From: a virus
Taxonomy: Duplodnaviria > Caudoviricetes
DNA: 58,499 bases
Direction: 5' to 3' (one strand)
IMG/VR virus record: IMGVR_UViG_3300022744_000032
Location: 1-58,499 of that record
The notes under the pieces were generated by a model. It did not search any database. It was given only the letters and a program-made list of their open reading frames with translations, and was not told the origin of the DNA. The translations under genes and the position numbers were made by a program. Shown piece by piece: positions 46,103 to 54,202 of this stretch (positions are counted from its first letter, which is position 1; each line of letters begins with the position of its first letter).

Positions 46103-46477
46103 ATGAATTTAACTGCATTATCACTGGAGCTGGATAATATCCGGCAACAAAAGAAGGAGGTAAATGCTACGCTAAAAACGCTCACAGACCGTGAAGATGT
46201 TTTACTCCGCGACATTCACCGGCAAATGGAAGATATCGGGGCAGATAACCTGACTATTTCCGGGCTGAAATTCGCTCGTGTAGAAGAAACTACAGCAACA
46301 CCAGATCCTGATTTTTGGCAGGATATATTTAACTGGATTGCTTCGACCGAAAACTGGCAGTTGATACGTAAGCAACTCAACGTAACTTCTGTCCGTGAGC
46401 TGGCTGATATTGGCCAGCAAATCCCGCATGTCACCATCGGCAAAACTGAAAAACTGAAAGTAACGAATATCGCGTAG
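46103..46477 (+). CDS. Conserved phage coiled-coil protein of the replication module
   Basis: RBS GGGAG; typical neighbour of SNF2/SSB genes. Confidence 0.7.
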   Translation: MNLTALSLELDNIRQQKKEVNATLKTLTDREDVLLRDIHRQMEDIGADNLTISGLKFARVEETTATPDPDFWQDIFNWIASTENWQLIRKQLNVTSVRELADIGQQIPHVTIGKTEKLKVTNIA

Positions 46478-46533
46478 TTGCATTTTTGCAAAACCCGCGG
46501 TAATCTCGCTGCACAGTATAGGTATTGCCTATT
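46478..46533 (+). promoter_or_regulatory. Sigma70-like promoter followed by operator
   Basis: TTGCAT, 17 bp spacer, TAATCT; operator TATAGG-TATTG-CCTATT 46517-46533. Confidence 0.65.
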
Positions 46534-46573
46534 GGATCGACAGACACTAACCAGCAAAAAAGGTACATTAACC

Positions 46574-47284
46574 ATGGCTAAAGAACCCGCTTCACCGACC
46601 AATGAAATGGTCGTATTCAGTTTTGGTGACAAAGCTGATGTTGCCCCTCCTTCTCACTTGATCGCCGACGCCCCGCAAGGCAATGATTCTGTTTCCGCAG
46701 ATGACATGGCGATGCCGCGCATCAAATTGATGCAACCACTATCCCCTGAAGTGGACGGCGAAAAAGTAAAGGCCGGCATGTTCCTGAACACGATCTCCGG
46801 GCGTGCGTACAACGAACTGATCGTGGTCAATCTGCACTTCCATCGCTCGTTTGCAGTGTACAAAAAACGCGATCTCGGCGGCGGTTTCGTCGGTTCTGCT
46901 GAAACAGAAGCAGCTGCCCAGGAACTGGTTGCAGGCAATCCAGGCAACGCATCGGATTACGAGATCCAGGAAACTGCGCGCCACACACTGGTCGTGCTGG
47001 ATCCTGTTACAGGCGAACCGACAGAAACAGTAGCCCTGTTCTTGTCGAGCAAATCTGCCCTGTACAGTTCTCGTGCATGGAATACGGAAATCCAGACTGT
47101 CGGCGCGAAAACTGATCGTTTCGCAATGGCATGGAAACTGTCTTCCGAGAAGGTTTCCAACTCAAAAGGTTCCTGGTACAACATCAATACCGAGTTCCTT
47201 GGCTGGGCCCCGCAAGCGCTGCATGCGGAAATGAAAAAGTTGTTCGCCGCGATCAATGGCGCACAAATTGCCGAAGCTGCGTAA
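46574..47284 (+). CDS. Putative ssDNA-binding protein
   Basis: DMAMPRIKLMQPLSPEV...NSKGSWY pattern; own promoter and terminator. Confidence 0.6.
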   Translation: MAKEPASPTNEMVVFSFGDKADVAPPSHLIADAPQGNDSVSADDMAMPRIKLMQPLSPEVDGEKVKAGMFLNTISGRAYNELIVVNLHFHRSFAVYKKRDLGGGFVGSAETEAAAQELVAGNPGNASDYEIQETARHTLVVLDPVTGEPTETVALFLSSKSALYSSRAWNTEIQTVGAKTDRFAMAWKLSSEKVSNSKGSWYNINTEFLGWAPQALHAEMKKLFAAINGAQIAEAA

Positions 47285-47291
47285 AAGAATC

Positions 47292-47317
47292 GCCGCCCCA
47301 CAAGGGCGGCTATTTTT
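47292..47317 (+). terminator. Rho-independent terminator
   Basis: GCCGCCC-CACAA-GGGCGGC-TATTTTT. Confidence 0.75.
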
Positions 47318-47914
47318 ATGAACGAACACACTTTTATCAACAGTATTCATTCGAAACTCCCCCCGGCAGTGTATCGGTGGAAGATTAACGACACGAACCA
47401 ATTAGGGGTGAGTGACGCATTTTATTCTGGCCCACATGGCCACATTTTTTGTGAGTATAAGTGGCTTCCTGCGCTACCGAAACGCCCGGATACCCCTGTG
47501 AAAATTGACCTATCACAAATACAACTGCACTGGTTACGGGGAAGACACATTGACAATATAGGTGTCGCCGTTATTCTGGCAACCCCTGCTGGAGTTTTTA
47601 TTCTCCAGAACTGTGAATGGGAACGCATCTGGCGGACCCACGAAGTACAATCACGGTTACGCCCGCGTGCTGACCTTATTGATTGGATCAGCGCCTACTG
47701 CTTAGGAGCAGAGTATGGCCAAGAGAGAACTGAACCCCGCCGAAATTCGCGCCGCCACAAGATTGCGGAATTTATATTTACGCCACAACAAGGCCACGGG
47801 CGTGACACAAGTCGAATTGGCCGAAAAAGTGCTGGGCATCAAACAAGCAACACTGAACCAGTACCTGAACGGAGTAATTCCGATCGGATTAGAGATCCTG
47901 TTGCAGTTTGCTGA
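47318..47914 (+). CDS. VRR-NUC-like nuclease / resolvase
   Basis: GVSDAF...FCEYK...LSQIQLHWL. Confidence 0.7.
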   Translation: MNEHTFINSIHSKLPPAVYRWKINDTNQLGVSDAFYSGPHGHIFCEYKWLPALPKRPDTPVKIDLSQIQLHWLRGRHIDNIGVAVILATPAGVFILQNCEWERIWRTHEVQSRLRPRADLIDWISAYCLGAEYGQERTEPRRNSRRHKIAEFIFTPQQGHGRDTSRIGRKSAGHQTSNTEPVPERSNSDRIRDPVAVC

Positions 47915-48353
47915 CATTTTTAATGTTCTGCCTGAAGATATTTACCCGGAAAAAATTACAAACATCCGACCGATACTGCAACGACTACAGGAAAAAATTA
48001 TACCGGTTATGGGCACATTATCTGGAAACCAATCTGATGTACCGCAAATCGCGGTGATGAACCTGAATCTCCCGCAACACTGTTACGCAGTCAGTGTTGA
48101 TACCGAGGAGTACAGTGAAGTAGCGCCACGTGGGACATTTTTACTGGTCAATCCTATGGGACTCTTACGCCCTGGTGCACGCGTAGTATTTTGTTTCGTA
48201 AAAGAAGCGATCACACACTACGTGCGACTGGTAGAAATTACAGCTGACCATTTGCACTACACCGATATGTGTACAGGAAAAAAACACAAGCAGCCGCTCA
48301 CCAACATCTGCAAACTCCATGCAGTGTGCGGGGAGCAATACCCGCCTATCTAG
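47715..48353 (+). CDS. XRE/CI-like repressor with degenerate S24-like C-terminal domain
   Basis: TQVELAEKVLGIKQATLNQYLNG HTH; PRGTFLLVNP. Confidence 0.8.
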   Translation: MAKRELNPAEIRAATRLRNLYLRHNKATGVTQVELAEKVLGIKQATLNQYLNGVIPIGLEILLQFADIFNVLPEDIYPEKITNIRPILQRLQEKIIPVMGTLSGNQSDVPQIAVMNLNLPQHCYAVSVDTEEYSEVAPRGTFLLVNPMGLLRPGARVVFCFVKEAITHYVRLVEITADHLHYTDMCTGKKHKQPLTNICKLHAVCGEQYPPI

Positions 48354-48372
48354 GCGTTTTTATCCACTCGAT

Positions 48373-48389
48373 TATAGGTATGCCCTATG
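48373..48389. promoter_or_regulatory. 17-bp operator
   Basis: TATAGG-TATGC-CCTATG overlapping next start codon. Confidence 0.6.
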
Positions 48390-48782
48390 CTTAAAACGAT
48401 AACTCGACCGCAGTTACTTACCCTGGCAAAGATCACATTCGGTGCGTGCATCGTCATCATGGAAGCAAAAAACCGCGATTACGCCGGCGGTGGTAGTGAT
48501 CCGCTCGCCAATTTCCGTGCAAGTGAAACACTCGGCGTTCCTCCTGAAATTGGCCTACTCATGCGCTGCATGGATAAATTCAAACGTATCCAGGCATTCG
48601 TCAATACAGGCACACTGTCTGTGAAAAACGAACCAGTTGAAGATGCAATCCGGGACGTGATCAATTACATGATCCTGCTCCTGGCTATGGTCGAAGAACG
48701 TAAATTTGCCGCAGCAAAACCTGTGAAGGAAGCGCGAAATGGCAAGAAAGTTCCGCCCGGTTCTACCAAGTCAAAACGCTAA
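48387..48782 (+). CDS. DUF1599/Nmad1-like all-alpha nucleotide-metabolism protein
   Basis: KNRDYA...ANF...DKFKRI...EDAIRDVINY. Confidence 0.7.
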   Translation: MLKTITRPQLLTLAKITFGACIVIMEAKNRDYAGGGSDPLANFRASETLGVPPEIGLLMRCMDKFKRIQAFVNTGTLSVKNEPVEDAIRDVINYMILLLAMVEERKFAAAKPVKEARNGKKVPPGSTKSKR

Positions 48783-49110
48783 AGTACAAAAGCTGGAGGA
48801 ACTCGCCAGGGCACTTGCTTCTGACGAGTACGCCCCGGAAAGTGATCCTCAATGGAATCACTGGCTTTCGTACTATACAGCGAGCTATGGGGACAGCATT
48901 CCGATCGCTGTGGTGATCAGGCTGTCCCCCGAGCTACGAATCCCCCGAATTCGACAACACTCGAAAATAGGAAACCTTGCCCATGTCCCAGTCGCCCAAT
49001 ATCTCGCCTACCGTCTTCGACAATCCCATGATCCCACTCGAGATCGCCCTATGGGACGCAAAGACGATAGCCACTTATTTAAGGCGCGACTCCGTGAAAT
49101 CGGTCCTTGA
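48739..49110 (+). CDS. Hypothetical protein
   Basis: RBS AAGGA; overlaps neighbours. Confidence 0.45.
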   Translation: MARKFRPVLPSQNAKVQKLEELARALASDEYAPESDPQWNHWLSYYTASYGDSIPIAVVIRLSPELRIPRIRQHSKIGNLAHVPVAQYLAYRLRQSHDPTRDRPMGRKDDSHLFKARLREIGP

Positions 49111-49234
49111 AACTGTCGTTGTCGTACCGGGGTTCCCACGCCCTGTCAGAATCCCCACAACCCGTGGGCCAGGGCAGCCTCGGTGGAAAGCGGTAGAAGT
49201 CATCGCTTACGTTGAGAGTTTCCAAGTACAGTGA
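48983..49234 (+). CDS. Excisionase / AlpA-like protein
   Basis: LWDAKTIATYL...PGFPRPVRI...PRWKAVEV. Confidence 0.75.
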   Translation: MSQSPNISPTVFDNPMIPLEIALWDAKTIATYLRRDSVKSVLETVVVVPGFPRPVRIPTTRGPGQPRWKAVEVIAYVESFQVQ

Positions 49235-49243
49235 GGATACACA

Positions 49244-49606
49244 ATGCGTGAATTAACTGAACACAAAGTAAATCCGGCCAATGACATTCTCCAGGTAATG
49301 GTTGTGGACGAACCCGGCGCAGGCAATGCTTGTCATGCGTACGACATCTCCGGCGGAGAAGCCATACCTACGCATATCCGGTTCCAGAACGGCCCTATCA
49401 ATGTCGGCGGGAATGGCGTAAACGGTATTACCAATGAGGCGCTACTTGCTATTGTGGCGGACCGTCTACGTGGCTTCCAAAGTGGGCCATTTGCGTGTAA
49501 GGCCAACGCCTGCGCGCTTACCCACATTGAAGAAGCGCTGCACTGGTTGCAACAACGTACGCTAGAACGTATGCGCCGCGGTGTTGAAGGAACACATACT
49601 GTTTAA
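49244..49606 (+). CDS. tad1: Tad1-family anti-defence signal sponge
   Basis: PGAGNACHAY...IRFQNG...DRLRGFQSGPFACKANACALTHIEEALHW...R..RGVEGT. Confidence 0.8.
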   Translation: MRELTEHKVNPANDILQVMVVDEPGAGNACHAYDISGGEAIPTHIRFQNGPINVGGNGVNGITNEALLAIVADRLRGFQSGPFACKANACALTHIEEALHWLQQRTLERMRRGVEGTHTV

Positions 49607-49689
49607 CAGCAGGCGACCCAGCTGCATGGGCCGGGGGTTAATCGCCACGCTGCACGCCTGAGCCTTACAGGGGTAAAGAAAGGCACCCA

Positions 49690-50664
49690 TTAAAGTTTTT
49701 TCGCCAACTCTGATGCCGGCTCCTGGTAATAGACCATGAGCATTTTCAGATCCGTGTGGCCTGTCATGCGGGCCAATTCCATCACCCCCAGTTTTTTTGA
49801 TAACCGACTTGTTGCCTCCCGCCGTGTGTCATGAAAATGAATATCTGCGATCCCGCACCGAGCTTTTGCCTTTCGAAACGTCACATCCAGTATTGTCGGT
49901 TTGAGCTGGAATACCGTCTCCCCCCAAGGTTGGAGTAATTCCAGCAAACCTACCGCCCGCATGGACAGCGGCACATCCCTTGAAAATCCATTCTTGGTCA
50001 TGGACAAGTGCACCGTCCGCGCCCCTAGATCCACATCTTTGGGTGAAATTCCACAAATTTCCCCCGCCCGCATCGCCGTTTCGATAGCAAATAACATAGC
50101 CACTGCCACGCGTTGTTTTACTTTTTCCGGTGGGGTTTCATCAAACCCCAACGCGAGGCACAGCTGCTCAATTTCGCTATCCGCAATCCGCCGTGTCCGT
50201 GCCCGTGGTGCTGGCGGCCGGCGAACATCCCGTGCAACATTTACATCAATCCATCTCCACTCCCGGCGGGCAATTTCCAGTGCATGCCCAACCAGCCCCA
50301 TTTCCCGTCTCACCGAAGCAGCCCCCACTTCTTGCGCCCGTACATCTTTCCACGCCGCGAGCACGTCCACTGTCAGGGCAGGGAGTTTTATCGCAGCAAT
50401 CGGGTATGTACATAGCCGCTGGAGCCGGATTGTCTCTGTCCGTGCCCCACGTTTTGCTGGCACAACCTCCGCCATGTATCGCCGTAGGACATCACCGAGT
50501 GTACAATCCGCCACGCGTTGCGCGCGGGTTTGCTGTAGCACGGCTTCTTGCTGTTGCGCCCAGGCACGGGCTTCGGTCTTTGACGGGAATGTAGCGGAAG
50601 CACGTTGTCCATTGACATGAACCTCGGCCCGCCACGATGCACCACGTTTCCTGTACGTAGCCAT
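49690..50664 (-). CDS. int: Tyrosine integrase
   Basis: AMRAGEI, TKNG, HFHDTRREA, TGH, YY catalytic set. Confidence 0.93.
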   Translation of the reverse strand: MATYRKRGASWRAEVHVNGQRASATFPSKTEARAWAQQQEAVLQQTRAQRVADCTLGDVLRRYMAEVVPAKRGARTETIRLQRLCTYPIAAIKLPALTVDVLAAWKDVRAQEVGAASVRREMGLVGHALEIARREWRWIDVNVARDVRRPPAPRARTRRIADSEIEQLCLALGFDETPPEKVKQRVAVAMLFAIETAMRAGEICGISPKDVDLGARTVHLSMTKNGFSRDVPLSMRAVGLLELLQPWGETVFQLKPTILDVTFRKAKARCGIADIHFHDTRREATSRLSKKLGVMELARMTGHTDLKMLMVYYQEPASELAKKL

Positions 50665-50881
50665 TGGCGTAATCCTGGCGTAGAGAGCAAGCGGCAGTAT
50701 ACGCCAACTGACGACAGAGAGTAGGAAATAAAAGGAGTAACGTCCTTGTTTTTACAGCAAAAAACGGTACTTAGTGGAACATAGTGATTATTGGTGGTAG
50801 CGCGAGTAGAGTCTCTCCTTTCGCACCAATACAACCTGAGATATCAACAAGATGGAAAGATTTGGCGTAAATATAGCGTAA
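50664..50881. other. attP: tRNA 3'-end core with arm-type repeats
   Basis: Core GAGTCTCTCCTTTCGCACCA 50809-50828 (tRNA-Leu-like 3' end); TGGCGTA-type repeats at 50664, 50675, 50700 (inverted), 50862, 50873. Confidence 0.75.
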
Positions 50882-51127
50882 ATCCATTGCTCCAGCCGCC
50901 ACCGTCATCGCGCCGGTTATTGTCGCCACTGCATCCTGCAGCGATACATCCCCGCCAGTGATATAGTCATACCCTTCTTTCACGGCTCCTGTTATCAGCG
51001 CTGCTAATAGCGCCACAACAGAACTCCCTGTAAGACCATGGACCAGGACAAACACCAGGACACCAGCAATGAAATGCAAACACTTATCGTGTGGCAGTAA
51101 TTGCGAGATGCGTTTTTCCAGTCTCAT
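50771..51127 (-). CDS. Small membrane protein (DKxLHF motif)
   Basis: DKCLHFIAG...KEGYD...DAVAT; 3' end crosses attP core. Confidence 0.65.
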   Translation of the reverse strand: MRLEKRISQLLPHDKCLHFIAGVLVFVLVHGLTGSSVVALLAALITGAVKEGYDYITGGDVSLQDAVATITGAMTVAAGAMDLRYIYAKSFHLVDISGCIGAKGETLLALPPIITMFH

Positions 51128-51375
51128 AGATGCGCCCTCGCGTACATGAAGCCCAAAAATATCAATCCACCGATTGTCGAGAATACTGGATCCAATTTCG
51201 ATGGATCATTCTTATAGTAAACGTCATTTGCATAGGTCACGCCACCCGCGAACAGCGAAAACACAACACCGAACGCGCCGATCCAGTGGTAAAAAAACAG
51301 CGCCGCGAGTAGGCCAAGAAGCGTGATGCCGTAGCCAGCGAGTGCGTGTGTGATTTTGTCCGGCCTGATTACCAT
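51124..51375 (-). CDS. Small membrane protein
   Basis: PDKITHALAG; about 3 TM segments. Confidence 0.6.
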   Translation of the reverse strand: MVIRPDKITHALAGYGITLLGLLAALFFYHWIGAFGVVFSLFAGGVTYANDVYYKNDPSKLDPVFSTIGGLIFLGFMYARAHL

Positions 51376-51611
51376 TGGTGCTTACTCACAAGGATGATGA
51401 TTGTCCCGAGCACCGAGCCAGCTACCGCATACATCGCGTCACTGTAGACAGGCGCGCAAAACCGGATTTTGTCGCTCGCTATTTTCAATAACGCACAAAG
51501 AACTGGCGGAAGCACTGAATAAGCGCCGATCAGGTGCCAACTGAAAAAAACCATAAGCGCCGCAATGGCGAGCATTCCAATTTGATAGTTGTCTTTGCTG
51601 TGCTGCTTCAT
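51369..51611 (-). CDS. Small membrane protein
   Basis: Hydrophobic, coupled. Confidence 0.6.
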   Translation of the reverse strand: MKQHSKDNYQIGMLAIAALMVFFSWHLIGAYSVLPPVLCALLKIASDKIRFCAPVYSDAMYAVAGSVLGTIIILVSKHQW

Positions 51612-51769
51612 GGCGATTCAACCTGTGCGTTCATTGCGTCCAGCTCTTCTTGCGTGCAAACAATGCACCCACCGTTGCCATCAAAATTTCGGACGGCAAC
51701 AACATGGTCAGGATTTTCCGCCATGAATACACGAAATTCATCATTTTCACTGGCAAATGTTTTCATCAT
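51608..51769 (-). CDS. Small tail-fiber-associated protein
   Basis: ATGA coupling to tail fiber stop; RBS GGAG. Confidence 0.55.
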   Translation of the reverse strand: MMKTFASENDEFRVFMAENPDHVVAVRNFDGNGGCIVCTQEELDAMNAQVESP

Positions 51770-53868
51770 CTTCTCCAAGTGACCTGCGTAAAGTTGGCTT
51801 TCACTGCAGCCCATCCAGCACTAGCAGCCAGCGTGACCGCCGCCTTAAACAAGTTCGATGAAATCGTGTTGATAACACCGTTTCCTGTCAGCGAAGTGTT
51901 TGTGCCGACATAGTACGTTGTTGACGAAAGCATCTGGATGGATGCGTTCACGCCGTTGAACCCACCGTTGTTTGTTGGCGCCACGTTGGCTACCGCCGCC
52001 AGTCCGTTGTATTCAAACGTTATTGTTTTCGCGTTTGAGTTTGCGCCATTCACGCGATATTGATAACCGCGTACAACCGTGTTTCCCTGTTGCAGCGCCC
52101 ACGCTGGAATTGCTGTCGAATCCCCGATGTATGTTTTCGAGTTATTTGTCGCGCAGTTCCCACTGGTCGTTCCACTCGATGTATCGGTGCAGGTAAACGT
52201 ATTCGCATCGACGTATGTGAAATTAGTGAACCATCCTGTTACGCAACTTCCTGTGCTGATCGAAATGTAGATTCGACTGCCATTCATGTCAGCCGGTATG
52301 CCGTGCGATGTTTTTGTCACGGTTACCGTTGTGCCAGACCGTGCGTAAGTTGCAGACGCACCTTCAAAAATAATGTCCCAAACATCTGAGGCAACGTCCT
52401 GAATAATGAAAACCTGTGTGGGGTTCCACGCGCTGCCGCTGTAAATAACAGGGGTGCCGTGTGGCCCCATATCTGTACACAGCGCGATGGCGTTGGTCGG
52501 CACAGACGATAGTGCAGTCAGGTTCGTCCATGTGTCTGTCGCGTAATAGACAAGCCCCGCAGCGGATAGCTTTCCCTTGATGTAGCTGTAAAGATTAAGC
52601 ATCGACAGAAACTTGCCGACGCTCGATGCCGCACTGTCTGCAATGATTACGCCGTCAGCATCAACTGGCGTTGTCTTGGCTGTTGCGCCTGCAATCAGCG
52701 AACCCAGCCAAGTGAGTGTAATGGCTGCTTGTGCGCGTGCATTGGTGAACCACTGGTTTGTCGGGGTTCCACTTTCTGCAATATCGTCGGTATTCAGTAC
52801 GACAGTGCCGGTCTTGCTATTTACGCTGCTTACCGCATCGGTGTTGTCGATCTTTGTCCACGATGTTCCATAGCTGAGAAGCCAGTCGCCAATCTTCCAG
52901 TCTGTAATGCCACCCTCGCTGGTTGATCCAGCAACCTGCACCATGAAGTAATAACCTTCATTTGCACTAGACGCAGCGGGGACAGGATTGCCGTTCAGTG
53001 ATGAGTCGGCGCTGGTTATGATATTCGTGGTTGCGTTCCATGTTCCCTTGAACTTCAGCGCGCCGAGAATTGAATCTGGAAGCTGACTGGTGGGAATTTT
53101 TGCATCAGACCCGAGCGAGGCATAACCATTTGCCTGGGCTTTGTTCGCCGAATTCTCGGGTGTATATCCAAGTGCTGCCTGTTTTGCATCCCACGCAGTT
53201 GCTTGTGCATCAGTGTGCATCCGATGTGTCGAGTCTTGCGGAATGTCGCTTGTGGTCAAGCTCAACAGGGACAGAAGGCCAGCACGATCTGCCAACGCAA
53301 TAATCGAGCGGCCATAGCTTGTCAGCGTCGCCAATGCTTTCGCGCCAGCACCTGTAAAGTAGGACACCTTGTCAGCTGCACCGGTGAGCCCAGCTTCAGC
53401 ACTAAGGTTCGCGTTATAGTCTTGTTTCGCATCCAGTGCACTTTGGAGGTCTGTTTGATCTTCAAGCACGCCACTGAGACCGCCCCATACCATCCGGTCA
53501 CTATCGATGGGAGTCCCATTGGCTGTATACGGCACCCACCCACGGTCGGAGTATTCGACTGATTCACCCGGGCCAAGGCGACGACGATATAGCCGCGCGG
53601 CTGTTGTTCCGTCGTCGTGCAACGCAGTGATAACACACGCAACGGACGCGTGCGTGTTCATGACAATGATGCTTTTCACTTGGCGTAAATCGCCAGTAGC
53701 GGGCGAATCAACGATGGTCGTGGTCGTTGCCGTTGTAATGGACGTGTTCTTACTGCCAGGGCTCGCCCCAGAGGTGTTGTAATCGATCCAGTTTGATTGC
53801 GTTGTAATCGTTGACGCAGAATCGGTGGTCAACAACAAGCTGGATAAAACATCAGAGAGCAGCAACAT
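51766..53868 (-). CDS. Tail fiber / spike protein
   Basis: QTDLQSALDAKQ, NGYASLGSDAKIP, FKGTWNA, VSSVNSKTGTVVL fiber motifs; Thr/Ser-rich. Confidence 0.8.
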   Translation of the reverse strand: MLLLSDVLSSLLLTTDSASTITTQSNWIDYNTSGASPGSKNTSITTATTTTIVDSPATGDLRQVKSIIVMNTHASVACVITALHDDGTTAARLYRRRLGPGESVEYSDRGWVPYTANGTPIDSDRMVWGGLSGVLEDQTDLQSALDAKQDYNANLSAEAGLTGAADKVSYFTGAGAKALATLTSYGRSIIALADRAGLLSLLSLTTSDIPQDSTHRMHTDAQATAWDAKQAALGYTPENSANKAQANGYASLGSDAKIPTSQLPDSILGALKFKGTWNATTNIITSADSSLNGNPVPAASSANEGYYFMVQVAGSTSEGGITDWKIGDWLLSYGTSWTKIDNTDAVSSVNSKTGTVVLNTDDIAESGTPTNQWFTNARAQAAITLTWLGSLIAGATAKTTPVDADGVIIADSAASSVGKFLSMLNLYSYIKGKLSAAGLVYYATDTWTNLTALSSVPTNAIALCTDMGPHGTPVIYSGSAWNPTQVFIIQDVASDVWDIIFEGASATYARSGTTVTVTKTSHGIPADMNGSRIYISISTGSCVTGWFTNFTYVDANTFTCTDTSSGTTSGNCATNNSKTYIGDSTAIPAWALQQGNTVVRGYQYRVNGANSNAKTITFEYNGLAAVANVAPTNNGGFNGVNASIQMLSSTTYYVGTNTSLTGNGVINTISSNLFKAAVTLAASAGWAAVKANFTQVTWRR

Positions 53869-53869
53869 A

Positions 53870-54202
53870 TCAAATTTCCAGTAGGATTAACGCCATTGAC
53901 TGCGCACGGGTGAAGGCATCCAGCGGGGGTGTAGGCGTACTCGTCGACCCCCCCGATTGCGTTTGGGTTGCAACAACAGGCGCGTACCCCCCAGCCCCTG
54001 CACTCCCCGAATGAAACCCAGGACGTGCGGTAACAAGTCCTGCAGTAACAAGGTCATCAAACGTGACAGCTTTCTGTCCTTGTTTCCCCGATTGCCCGGA
54101 AAGTGCCCGAATCTGGATAACCAGGCTTTGCAGCATATTCCGGAGCGCTGGGTCCGCGACCGATGCGGGTACATCTGCAAGGGGGGGAAGCACATTTGCC
54201 AT
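53870..54202 (-). CDS. Small tail-associated protein
   Basis: KAVTFDDLVTAGL motif; coupled to upstream tail gene. Confidence 0.6.
   Translation of the reverse strand: MANVLPPLADVPASVADPALRNMLQSLVIQIRALSGQSGKQGQKAVTFDDLVTAGLVTARPGFHSGSAGAGGYAPVVATQTQSGGSTSTPTPPLDAFTRAQSMALILLEI

Noticed and set aside
49690-50664. Integrase as the IntI for the attC array
   Set aside because: No IntI-specific insertion before the HxxR box is visible; it sits beside an attP and an Xis-like gene, 21 kb from the array
50809-50828. Complete tRNA gene
   Set aside because: Only the 3' half of the T-arm and the acceptor end are present; no 5' half upstream
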